A stretch of DNA of 40,108 nt from an uncultured Bdellovibrionales bacterium (GCA_964393045.1 CAYMRZ010000002.1:1-40108); one strand, 5' to 3'. Counted from the stretch's first letter, positions 1 through 8,301 are shown. The notes: generated by a model from the sequence alone, not told the origin. Made by a program: numbers and translations.

Positions 1-45
1 ACAAGGCATCCGTAGCGGAAGCTGTGGATGGATCACCTCCTTTCT
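1..45 (+). rRNA. rrs: 16S rRNA gene, extreme 3' end (partial; body lies upstream of the window)
   Basis: ACAAGGCATCCGTAGCGGAAGCTGTGGATGGATCACCTCCTTTCT aligns with the universally conserved helix-45/anti-Shine-Dalgarno tail (E. coli ACAAGGTAACCGTAGGGGAACCTGCGGTTGGATCACCTCCTTA). Confidence 0.9.
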
Positions 46-110
46 AGGGAGATTTTGACAAAACCGCAGAAATATTTTTTGCTAATAATCTACACTCTTT
101 ATAGTGGGGT

Positions 111-264
111 TAGAAAAATATTGGTTTTGTCCGCTGGTCGAGTCTGCCTCAACGGCAGGTTCAAAGCTAGGCTTAACTGAGCTAATCCGCCAACTGGCGG
201 AATTCAGTAGTCATACTTTTGTACAGGTATGCTTGGCTCTCGGGCTAATCGCAAAAAGTTGTGA
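111..264 (+). ncRNA. Unclassified structured RNA 'X', copy A, ~65 nt downstream of the 16S end
   Basis: The 24-nt 5' block TAGAAAAATATTGGTTTTGTCCGC is identical in all three copies. The 3' block GGGCTAATCGCAAAAAGTTGTGA is shared with copy B. Hairpins CTGCC/GGCAG (144-158), CCGCC/GGCGG (187-200) and CATAC/GTATG (212-231) are replaced in copies B and C by different sequences that remain complementary. Confidence 0.6.
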
Positions 265-458
265 TTTTTTAACAGATTATTATTAATTTAAGCTCAATTC
301 ACTGAATTGAAGCTAAAGAAAATATTAAATCAAATTAAAAGTGCGGGAATGTTTTTTAAACATTTCATTACAATACAGTAATCTGATGCTCCATTTTTAT
401 GGACATTAACATATTGCTATTATTGCTTTTAATAATAGCTATCAAAAAATAATTTTTT

Positions 459-485
459 AGAGTCGCTTTTTGCGGCTCTTTTTTG
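459..485 (+). terminator. Rho-independent terminator-like hairpin
   Basis: AGAGTCGC-TTTTT-GCGGCTCT followed by a T run. Confidence 0.5.
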
Positions 486-504
486 ACATATTTTTTAGTT
501 TTAT

Positions 505-565
505 AAATTAATATCTCCCTGGAAATAGTTCATTTCGAGGGCTGAAAATGAGGGAGATTTTTAGT
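505..565 (+). repeat. Element 'Y' copy A: conserved bulged hairpin plus T-run
   Basis: ATCTCCCTGGAAATAGTTCATTTCGAGGGCTGAAAATGAGGGAGATTTTTAG. The outer stem is ATCTCCC/GGGAGAT and the inner stem is TGGAAAT/ATTTC(G)A. A second, closely similar copy lies at 34189-34262. Confidence 0.55.
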
Positions 566-695
566 CCACCGCTCTGCTCTGTTTCACTGCCACAATTTGA
601 CGGTTTTTTGTATTCTTACAGAAGTGGATAACTCGTCTTGACTTCCTGTCTCACGAAGCTAATGTGTTGTTGCCTTAATAATTAAGCAACAATAT

Positions 696-881
696 ATGAA
701 CAAAAAAAAGTTCCAAGCCTGGGAAAAAGTCCGAAAAAGCGGACTCACCAATATGTACGACATCAATGAAATACGCTTTATAGCAGTGTCAAAATACGGA
801 CAAGAACTTACCAAGAAAGACTGTTTTGACATTATGCTTCACTATGATAAATGCAAACAAAAATATGCAAAGAAAAATTAG
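696..881 (+). CDS. Small hypothetical protein (61 aa) upstream of the integrase; from memory, the motif SG-TNM-D resembles small phage proteins
   Basis: ORF with an ATG start, overlapping the integrase 5' end. The family assignment is recollection only. Confidence 0.4.
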   Translation: MNKKKFQAWEKVRKSGLTNMYDINEIRFIAVSKYGQELTKKDCFDIMLHYDKCKQKYAKKN

Positions 882-1749
882 TAACACAGCCGAAGAATTT
901 CTAACCTGGCTTCAAGTGGAAAGAAGATTTGCTCAAAGTTCCATAATTAGTTACAGGTCAAGATTTAAATGTTTTATAAGAGACGTGGGTGACATTGAAA
1001 TCGAGAAATTTGGGATGGAACACATTTTCAAGCTCAAGCAGATTTTGTATGAAAGAAAAAATAGTGAAGTTTTTATAGGAGTATGTCTAGCTTGTATTAA
1101 AGGACTTCTGTTCTACTGCAAAAATCAGCTGTCTACTCCGCTCCGCTTCGACCCCAATCAAATAACGATTCCCAAGCGACCCAGAAGAGAGGTCGTTTTT
1201 TTAACCTCAGAAGAAATCAAAAGATTTAAAGAATCTATAAACATTAAACCAATTTATGGTCTGCGGTTCCGCACATTAGTAGAAGTTCTTTTAGCAACAG
1301 GAATGAGAATTTCTGAAGCACTTTCTCTCGACAAAACTTCAATAGACTTCGCAATCAAAGAAGCGAGAATTATTGGAAAGGGGAATAAAGAACGAGTTGT
1401 ATTCTTTACCGATGAAGCTCTGGGATGGATTCAGAGCTACACAAACGCTCGTACAGACGATAATAATGCCTTGTTTATAACTACTGGTAAAAAACCTAGA
1501 AGACTCAGAAATCAAGACTTAACTAGATATTTTAAACGCCAGAGAATATTGGCTGGAATTAACAAAAAAGTTACACCCCATTGCCTAAGACATTGTTTTG
1601 CTTCGCATCTTGCATTTAACAACTGTCCCTTTACTGAAATTAAAACATTAATGGGACATGAAAGACTAGATACAACCATTCGCTACTATGTAGGCCTAAC
1701 TGATAAAGAAAAAGCTAAACAGGCCCATCAACAGTATTTGAAATATTAG
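826..1749 (+). CDS. Tyrosine recombinase/integrase (XerC/D-like) no. 1; the likely true start is ATG 865 (MQRKISNTAEEF...)
   Basis: Catalytic signature visible: ATGMRISEAL (Arg), GKGNKERVV (Lys), HCLRHCFASHL (HxxR), GHERLDTTIRYY (His...Tyr). Confidence 0.85.
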   Translation: MTLCFTMINANKNMQRKISNTAEEFLTWLQVERRFAQSSIISYRSRFKCFIRDVGDIEIEKFGMEHIFKLKQILYERKNSEVFIGVCLACIKGLLFYCKNQLSTPLRFDPNQITIPKRPRREVVFLTSEEIKRFKESINIKPIYGLRFRTLVEVLLATGMRISEALSLDKTSIDFAIKEARIIGKGNKERVVFFTDEALGWIQSYTNARTDDNNALFITTGKKPRRLRNQDLTRYFKRQRILAGINKKVTPHCLRHCFASHLAFNNCPFTEIKTLMGHERLDTTIRYYVGLTDKEKAKQAHQQYLKY

Positions 1750-1955
1750 ATTCTATGGACTTGACAATGTTTTTTAGCTAGCATATAATATAGATAAAGA
1801 TTAATAATTTAACAACAGAATAAAAAGCTCAATACAATGAGCTTCCAAGATTGGAAGTCCCAATACAATGGGGCACAAGGCTTGAAAGAGTCTTCTTTGT
1901 GTCTTATTGTATCGGGATTTTTTTATAAGGCGCAGAGACATTCTGTGCCTTATTT

Positions 1956-2918
1956 ATGTTTTTATTTAATAAAGAAAGATATAGGTTTTCTGCTTGTTTT
2001 CAGCGATATATTGATAGAGCAATTGCTGAGCAAAGCTTGTCTTCTAATTCAATAAAGAAGTATCGAGAGGTATCAAAAAAATTGATTGAAATGATCGGGG
2101 ATATTGATATAAGAAAAATTGATGAAAATGCGATCATTAATCTTAAAAAAGTTTTAAACGAGCCAGTTTTTATTTTTGGTAAAGAGCGCACAAGGAGTCC
2201 AGCAAGACGTAATCATTGCCTAGTTGTTCTTAGGAATGTATTGAAATTTTTAAGAGAAGTGGAAAACTTGCATTCCATCTACGATTTTAATCGTATTAAA
2301 AAATTTAAAGAACGGAATAGACCAGTTGAATTTTTAACAGACGGTGAGGTAAAAATTCTTCTAAATTCGATAAAGGAAAACTGTATCACGAAACTGCGCT
2401 TAAAGACATTTATTATTTGTTTGTTAAGCACGGGAGCGAGGGTGTCAGAGATATTATCACTTAATAGAGAAGATGTTGATTGGGAGAGTGGAGTTGCCAA
2501 CACCAGAGGCAAAGGAGACAAGTCAAACCAGGTCATCTTTAACGAAGTTAGCAAAAAGTATCTGAAAAAATATTTAAGATTAAGAAAATATTTAAGATTA
2601 AGAAAAGATGATTGCCAAGCATTATTTGCAACAACCAATGGAACTCGATGGCAAATGAATTGTGCTGAGAGAGCAGTCAGAAATCAGGGCAAAAGAGCTG
2701 GTATCAGAAAAAGAGTTTATTGTCACTTGTTTAGAAAAACATCTGCATCAAAAATGTTTTTTTCGGGGGCTCCTCTTCCGGTGGTGTCAAAATTCCTTTC
2801 TCATTCTGATTTAGCAACTACGCAGAAATATTATCTAAGGGGAGCAAGCTTTGAAGAGGTCAAGCAATATCATAGCAAGTCAATGAATTTTAATAGTTTA
2901 GTTAAGAGTCACAAGTAA
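1956..2918 (+). CDS. Tyrosine recombinase/integrase no. 2 (tandem with no. 1)
   Basis: STGARVSEIL, RGKGDKSNQV, HLFRKTSASKM and SHSDLATTQKYY give the R-K-HxxR-H-Y set. The N-terminus MFLFNK resembles that of integrase no. 4 (MFLFKK). Confidence 0.8.
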   Translation: MFLFNKERYRFSACFQRYIDRAIAEQSLSSNSIKKYREVSKKLIEMIGDIDIRKIDENAIINLKKVLNEPVFIFGKERTRSPARRNHCLVVLRNVLKFLREVENLHSIYDFNRIKKFKERNRPVEFLTDGEVKILLNSIKENCITKLRLKTFIICLLSTGARVSEILSLNREDVDWESGVANTRGKGDKSNQVIFNEVSKKYLKKYLRLRKYLRLRKDDCQALFATTNGTRWQMNCAERAVRNQGKRAGIRKRVYCHLFRKTSASKMFFSGAPLPVVSKFLSHSDLATTQKYYLRGASFEEVKQYHSKSMNFNSLVKSHK

Positions 2919-3004
2919 AGATTATTTATATATAAAATTAACACACGTTTTCTGTTGCTCACATTTTTCGTGTGTGGTGTGAGCAGCAAAAAACCTAAAA
3001 AAAT

Positions 3005-3802
3005 ATGAGAAGTATGAGAAATCAGCCATTCTGTTGGCAAGAGAAAAAAATAAATAGACTAATACGGTCAAGATATGAAAAATCGCAAAAAACGAAGATG
3101 CTGCTTTTGTATGCCACAATAACCGAAATGGAGAGCGATTTTAATAATAGGGATATTAAGTATTATACAAAAACAATTGCTACTTATTCTGGATTGAGTA
3201 AAGATTTTATCCCAAAAGGATTAAAAAAATTGGAAAAATTAAAAATAATTAAAATAATTTCTGAAAGAGAGAAAGGAAAGTTTAAAGGAAAAAGAATTAA
3301 CTTTACCCCGAAGCTTGTCCTTGAAAGAGAAAGATATAAAAAATCCGTTTCTGGAAAATTCATTAACAGAAATAGCTATTCATCAGAAGATAGTAATTCT
3401 AAAGAAGATAGTAGAAGTAATCAATCTATAAAAAACAAAAAAGAAAATTTTTCAAATTCTAAAAATTCTGAAAAAGAAGACAAAAACCTTGACGAAGAAG
3501 TAGAAAATGTTTTGAATTTTTTTTCTTCAGAAACAAAGAAGCGGGAAGGGTTTTTTCCAAAAACTAATGAGGATGACCATGGTAAAGTGCAATATTTTCT
3601 TGAGGCTTCTAAAGACCCCAATATAAATTGTCGACCATATAACAAGGAAGACGCAAAGGAATTGATAACTTTCTTTTTGGACAATATAAGGAGCTTTGAA
3701 GATCAATACATAGCTATCTCAAACATATTTTGCAAAGAAGTTGTTGACAAGTGGAGAAGAGGGAATATTAAAGAACTCGAATGGAGGATGTCAAAGAATT
3801 AA
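3005..3802 (+). CDS. Hypothetical protein with a probable N-terminal winged-helix DNA-binding domain and a low-complexity acidic/Ser-rich linker; possible replication or regulatory protein
   Basis: The segment IATYSGLSKDFIPKGLKKLEKLKIIKII looks wHTH-like. I recognise no catalytic motif. Confidence 0.35.
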   Translation: MRSMRNQPFCWQEKKINRLIRSRYEKSQKTKMLLLYATITEMESDFNNRDIKYYTKTIATYSGLSKDFIPKGLKKLEKLKIIKIISEREKGKFKGKRINFTPKLVLERERYKKSVSGKFINRNSYSSEDSNSKEDSRSNQSIKNKKENFSNSKNSEKEDKNLDEEVENVLNFFSSETKKREGFFPKTNEDDHGKVQYFLEASKDPNINCRPYNKEDAKELITFFLDNIRSFEDQYIAISNIFCKEVVDKWRRGNIKELEWRMSKN

Positions 3803-4048
3803 AATAAAGCAATTCCTGCTTGAAATTTATTCAAGCAATGTCTTGCAGCTAGACATAAGGTTATTAGAAAAGAGTTAACGAGTTATGAGAAAGCTAAATA
3901 ACTAAAGAAATAATTATGCGAAACAAGATAAAAAGATTAAAAGAAGTTTTTTCTAAAAAAGAACTATCGGAGAATTACAATATTCAAAGAAAAAGCAAGA
4001 TTATAGGCTTAGTAGTATTAAATTTACCTTCAGAATTAAGCTAAAAAA

Positions 4049-5107
4049 ATGATAAAAAATCGAAAAATTCATGATGCTACTATTCCTTTTTTAGGAGGAA
4101 AAAGGAAAATGGCTGATAGAATAACCAAGGAGTTTAAAGGCGAAGTGTTACTGGATGTATTTTCAGGTGGAGGAAGTGTGTCCTTAAAAGGGAAACAATT
4201 AGGTATGAAAGTGATTGCTAATGATATAGCTTACAGGAGCAAAATAATTGGTGAAGCTTTGATAAAAAATTATACAGATAAAATAACAAAGGATGATGTG
4301 TATAGCCTTTTTATTCCTTCAGAAAATAACGGCTTTATTGAGAAGAATTTTGTGCCAAAAGTGTTTATACCGCAAGTGGCAAAAAATTTGGATAATTTCT
4401 TCGCCAATGCCAAAAAAAGAGAAAGTCCCAAAAAAGAATTATTGTTGCTTTTATTGATGAAATACATTTTTAGTCTCAGGCAATATGGAGGTTTTCAGGT
4501 TGGAAGGCAGGACAACGAGATGTTGCTAAAGGGCAAGGAAATAGAACTTCTGGAAGAGGCAAGCGAATCAAGAGGTAAAAAGGTGGTTGGCAATATTTCT
4601 CACCCCCTTCCTATTCTTCTAAAACTCAAGGACCAGATAAATTTTGGAGTATTTAACAATGGAAAAGAAAATGAGATTTATCAAATGGATTGTTTTGAGT
4701 TGTTGGAGATGTTTAAAAGCAATAAGGAGAAAATTGACACCATCTACTTTAACAGCCCGTATTTTAACTCAAGTGTCTACTCCAGTCACTATAAGGTGCT
4801 TGATGAAATTCTGGAGGGTGAAAGAGGATTAGAAATAAAAGATACGGCATTCAACGCTAAAGATGTGATGCAAAATTTTGAAAAACTTTTTGCACTTTCA
4901 GAGTTTATTCCTAAGTGGGTAATCTCAATGGGTTTCAATCCTGCTTCTAATGCTGGGATAAAAGGGGAGGAATTATTAAAGCTGATTCAAAAGTTCAGAG
5001 ATGCAGAGTTATATTTCATGAAACATAATTGGGCAATAAACAATATTGCTTCAAAGACAGGCAAGAGGCAAAGTGAAAACGTAGAGTATTTAATTGTAAC
5101 GAAATAA
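4049..5107 (+). CDS. DNA methyltransferase, Dam/D12-like
   Basis: N-terminal PFLGGKRK, SAM-binding motif LDVFSGGGSV and catalytic-like motif IYFNSPYF ((D/N/S)PPY variant). It sits next to a ParB-like gene, as in many phages. Confidence 0.55.
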   Translation: MIKNRKIHDATIPFLGGKRKMADRITKEFKGEVLLDVFSGGGSVSLKGKQLGMKVIANDIAYRSKIIGEALIKNYTDKITKDDVYSLFIPSENNGFIEKNFVPKVFIPQVAKNLDNFFANAKKRESPKKELLLLLLMKYIFSLRQYGGFQVGRQDNEMLLKGKEIELLEEASESRGKKVVGNISHPLPILLKLKDQINFGVFNNGKENEIYQMDCFELLEMFKSNKEKIDTIYFNSPYFNSSVYSSHYKVLDEILEGERGLEIKDTAFNAKDVMQNFEKLFALSEFIPKWVISMGFNPASNAGIKGEELLKLIQKFRDAELYFMKHNWAINNIASKTGKRQSENVEYLIVTK

Positions 5108-5109
5108 AA

Positions 5110-5745
5110 ATGAGCGAAAATAAAATATATAGCGATATTCAGATGGTGGAAACAAATAAGTTGAAACCGAATGATTATAACCCAAACATTATGACTGATG
5201 AACAGTTTGATTCATTGGTTCAGGATTTCAAGGAGAATGGGTTTGTAGGCCAGCCTATTATTGCAACGAAAGACAATATCATAATTGATGGCGAGAATCG
5301 TTGGAGGTGTGCAGGTTTCCTGAATTACAAAAAAGTTCCGGTGGTGTATTTTAATCCCAAAAACAAAAACCATCAGAAGATGCTAACTATTGCTTGGAAT
5401 GCCAAGAGAGGAGAATTTAGTCCGACAAAATTGGCTGGTATAATTCAAGAATTAAATCAAAAACATACTTTGGATGAATTAAGTGGGAAATTAGGGTTCA
5501 GTGTGGAACATTTAAAAGATACGATGTCGATGTCTGAATTAACGCCTGAGTTTGTAGAAAAATTAAAAAAAGAAGCGGAAGAACAAGAAAAGGAGATCCC
5601 GACAGTAATGAATTTTGCAGTTTCGAGAGAGCAGGAGAAACTAATTAATGAGGCGTTAGAAATGAGTATAGGCAAGAGTAAAGGAGAAAAATTAAGTTAT
5701 ATTTGTTCTGCATATTTAAAGCAAAAACCGAAAAATGGCAAATAA
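5110..5745 (+). CDS. ParB N-terminal (ParB/Srx nuclease-like) domain protein
   Basis: KLKPNDYNPN...GFVGQPIIATKDNIIIDGENRWRCAG matches the ParB-N signature, including the DGxxR box. Confidence 0.65.
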   Translation: MSENKIYSDIQMVETNKLKPNDYNPNIMTDEQFDSLVQDFKENGFVGQPIIATKDNIIIDGENRWRCAGFLNYKKVPVVYFNPKNKNHQKMLTIAWNAKRGEFSPTKLAGIIQELNQKHTLDELSGKLGFSVEHLKDTMSMSELTPEFVEKLKKEAEEQEKEIPTVMNFAVSREQEKLINEALEMSIGKSKGEKLSYICSAYLKQKPKNGK

Positions 5746-6316
5746 AAAATCCAAATCCAAAACCGCAGTCGGGAGATTAAGTGTTGAAGGGGTAAAGAGT
5801 GTCAAAAAGAATCTAAAGGTTCAAAGGAAGCACGGGGCGTTTGAATTTTTGAGAAAAAATGTAGCACCTGTGCCAAGTTGCAACCAGTGTATACTTGCAA
5901 GCGAATGTGAGTATTATCAAAAAGGCCAGAAGCAGTGTAAGGCAATATTGAAGCTTCAAAAAGAAATATATGATGAGATATGCCAACTTGAATACATTCA
6001 GCAAGCGGATAAATATTTAGTGGACCGCTTTGTGAAGAACATCTGCTTTTTGATTATTATTGAACGATGGGTTGCTAATGTGGGACCCTTTCAAGTCAAG
6101 GATAACGGAGTTGATGTCCAGCCAATATTAAAAGTCAAAACCAGTTATGAGCGGTTAGTTTTAAAGCAAGCCGATGCTATCGGAGTTGGACCGCAAGCCA
6201 GGGCTAGATTGAATTTGACCAACGTCCAATCTTTTTGTTTTGCAGAGGCCTTGCAAAAAGCAAAGCCAATAAATAATTATGGTAATTCAAATTTTAAAGA
6301 TGAGAAAAAGAACTGA
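5735..6316 (+). CDS. terS: Probable terminase small subunit (P27-like)
   Basis: Lies immediately upstream of the large terminase and overlaps it. The C-terminal ...QADAIGVGPQARARLNL resembles the P27-family 'GLTPasRsRL' tail. Confidence 0.5.
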   Translation: MANKKSKSKTAVGRLSVEGVKSVKKNLKVQRKHGAFEFLRKNVAPVPSCNQCILASECEYYQKGQKQCKAILKLQKEIYDEICQLEYIQQADKYLVDRFVKNICFLIIIERWVANVGPFQVKDNGVDVQPILKVKTSYERLVLKQADAIGVGPQARARLNLTNVQSFCFAEALQKAKPINNYGNSNFKDEKKN

Positions 6317-7847
6317 AATAACGAATAAAAAATTGCTGGAATATAGGAACGACATCTGTGTTTTTTTGGAAGAGCAGTATTATTTGGAATCAGGAAAATT
6401 GATTAAACTGGAACCCATTCAAAAGAAGATTCTAAGAGATATTTTCCAAACAAAAAACAAGAACGGCTTGCGTGCATATAATGATGCATTAATAGGAATG
6501 ATTAAAAAGTCAGGGAAAAGTTCTTTGGCAAGCGGAGTTGCATTGTATATGCTATTCTGTGATCCCATATTCGAGGAACCGAATGAAATCTATTCTATTG
6601 CTTCTGATAAGGATCAGGCAACGATTATTTGGCGGAAAACAAAGCGAGCTATCGAACGCAATCCCATATTACTGGGTAGCGTTAAAATTTATCGCGATTC
6701 TATCTTAGTGCCTTCAACGAGAAATATTTACAAAGTTTTAAGCTCAGATAGTTTTTCAGCGCATGGGCTAAATCCAACTTGTGTTATCGGTGATGAAATT
6801 TGGAATCAAAAAGACAGAAATCTGTTAGATGCATTGCAATTTTCTCCAACCAGGAAGCAGCCGCTAAGATTTATTGTGACTTATGCTGGAACCGACACTA
6901 CGTCTATTCTCTATGAGTTATATGACAAAGGATTGCGCGGGGAAAATCCTAAGATGTATTTTCATTGGTCGCACAAACCAGAAGTAAGCTGGATAACCAA
7001 GGATTTTTTAGAGGAGAAAAGAAAAGAACTTCCGCCAGCAGTTTATCAGAGATTTTGGGAAAATCGCTGGGCTGGAGGAGAAAATTCTTTTTTTACCAGA
7101 GAGGATGTTATGCAATGCCGGGATGAATTTTTAAAGCCGGTATTTCAGGGAAAAGAAGGAGTTCAATATTTTTACGGATGTGATTTAGGGCTTGTCAAAG
7201 ATCGAACAGTTTCTGTGATTTTGCACTACAGCAGAGAAGAAGGTGTGGTAATAGTAGACAGCGTTAAAACTTGGGAAGGAAGCAGGAACAATCCAGTAAA
7301 AATTGCCGACATTGAAGAGGATATGATCTTGGCCTCGCAAAATTTTCCAAGACTTCGTATTGTGGTCGATCCTTGGAATCTCAAAGGAACGGTCGAAAAA
7401 TTAAAACGGTATTGCCGAATAGAAGAATTTACTTTCACAAGCTCAAATGTGGAGAAAATAAGCCGTAATTTATACTATTTTGTCCATAATGGTCTAGTTA
7501 AATTTTTCCCTCATAAAGAATTAGAAAGAGAACTTCTTTCATTGAATTTAGAGCAGAAAAGTTATGGATATCGCTTCGATCATCCCAGTTCCCAGTTTTC
7601 AGATCATGCCATTGCGTTATCAATAGCTCTTATGCAAGTGGCGGTTATTAAAAAACCCACAGCGGGGATAATTTTTACGGGAAGTCCAAGTTTTGAAGAA
7701 TTCGAAAGGAAATGGGCAAGGAGTGAGAGGGCAGAGCCCAAAATAGTCAAAAAAGAGAGGAAAAAGGAAAAGGATGAAAAAGAGAACAAAAAAGACTTTT
7801 TTAAGCTTTCTGAATCAGATAAGTGGAGAAAATCAATGAATAGGTAA
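6279..7847 (+). CDS. terL: Phage terminase large subunit
   Basis: Walker A-like GMIKKSGKSSLASG and Walker B-like TCVIGDEIW, followed by a C-terminal nuclease-like half (FYGCDLGLVKDRTV...DHAIAL). Size is ~520 aa. An alternative start is ATG 6300. Confidence 0.7.
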   Translation: MVIQILKMRKRTEITNKKLLEYRNDICVFLEEQYYLESGKLIKLEPIQKKILRDIFQTKNKNGLRAYNDALIGMIKKSGKSSLASGVALYMLFCDPIFEEPNEIYSIASDKDQATIIWRKTKRAIERNPILLGSVKIYRDSILVPSTRNIYKVLSSDSFSAHGLNPTCVIGDEIWNQKDRNLLDALQFSPTRKQPLRFIVTYAGTDTTSILYELYDKGLRGENPKMYFHWSHKPEVSWITKDFLEEKRKELPPAVYQRFWENRWAGGENSFFTREDVMQCRDEFLKPVFQGKEGVQYFYGCDLGLVKDRTVSVILHYSREEGVVIVDSVKTWEGSRNNPVKIADIEEDMILASQNFPRLRIVVDPWNLKGTVEKLKRYCRIEEFTFTSSNVEKISRNLYYFVHNGLVKFFPHKELERELLSLNLEQKSYGYRFDHPSSQFSDHAIALSIALMQVAVIKKPTAGIIFTGSPSFEEFERKWARSERAEPKIVKKERKKEKDEKENKKDFFKLSESDKWRKSMNR

Positions 7848-7923
7848 ATTTTTAGTAAAGAGATAGCGAGATTTAATTCGCATAATGGAATGTTATGTAT
7901 CCATTTATTATTAAAATGTTAAT

Positions 7924-8301
7924 GTGAAAATTATTATTCAATTTACAAAGCCTGTATCGAAAAGCAGGCTGTTGTCGTGTCTTAAAGACGCAAAAAATAG
8001 AATTCCCGCCTTCAGAGAATATCTATTCGAAATTAAAAAGGGGAAATATTTATTTAAAGACAAAGAAGGGGAAATTGTGACCAGGTTTAATTTTGTGCTT
8101 GACGAAGAGAATCATCTGGCTTTTTTTGATGATCTTGAGGGTGAATTAAGGGATCAAGTCGAGAGGATGCTAATATTTGATTTCCCGGAAAGGGTGGGAG
8201 AAGAGTGTTTTGCGTGTAATAAGGAGGAAAATTGGAAGCTGTATTTTAGCATGTCGGAATGGTTTCTTATAGAAAGAGGGTATTTTTTTAAAATAGAGTG
8301 A
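7924..8301 (+). CDS. Hypothetical protein (125 aa, GTG start)
   Basis: ORF only; no recognisable motif. Confidence 0.35.
   Translation: MKIIIQFTKPVSKSRLLSCLKDAKNRIPAFREYLFEIKKGKYLFKDKEGEIVTRFNFVLDEENHLAFFDDLEGELRDQVERMLIFDFPERVGEECFACNKEENWKLYFSMSEWFLIERGYFFKIE

Noticed and set aside
111-264. RNA X as tRNA, tmRNA, SRP RNA, RNase P RNA, 5S or the 5' end of 23S rRNA
   Set aside because: There is no acceptor/T-arm geometry or CCA-proximal stem. The SRP GGAA/AGCA domain IV motif, the RNase P conserved CR regions and the 23S GGTTAAG...GGTGGATGCC start are all absent. GGTCGAGTC resembles a T-loop, but no flanking stem pairs. This needs cmscan to be sure.
104-286. 60-aa ORF over RNA X copy A, with its apparent homologue 24802-24990 (62 aa) over copy B
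   Set aside because: The similarity between copies is interrupted by indels that break the frame. Differences cluster as compensatory changes in hairpin stems. No RBS precedes either start, and copy C has no equivalent ORF. An RNA gene fits better.
2279-2638. Minus-strand ORFs throughout the window (for example 2279-2638, 16360-16740, 28999-29418, 38777-39106)
   Set aside because: All are short and lie antisense to long + strand genes that have clear catalytic motifs. Their translations are low-complexity, Phe/Ser/Leu/Ile-rich, as expected from AT-rich antisense frames.
3916-4044. 42-aa ORF (MRNKIKRLKEVFSKKELSENYNIQRKSKIIGLVVLNLPSELS) between the wHTH gene and the methyltransferase
   Set aside because: It fills an otherwise empty 250-nt gap. 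I see no convincing RBS and no recognisable motif, so the evidence is too weak to call.
4644-4832. Nested same-strand out-of-frame ORFs (4644-4832, 12777-12983, 30269-30460, 39594-39788)
   Set aside because: Each lies wholly inside a longer ORF that carries recognisable domain motifs. They are alternative-frame artefacts.
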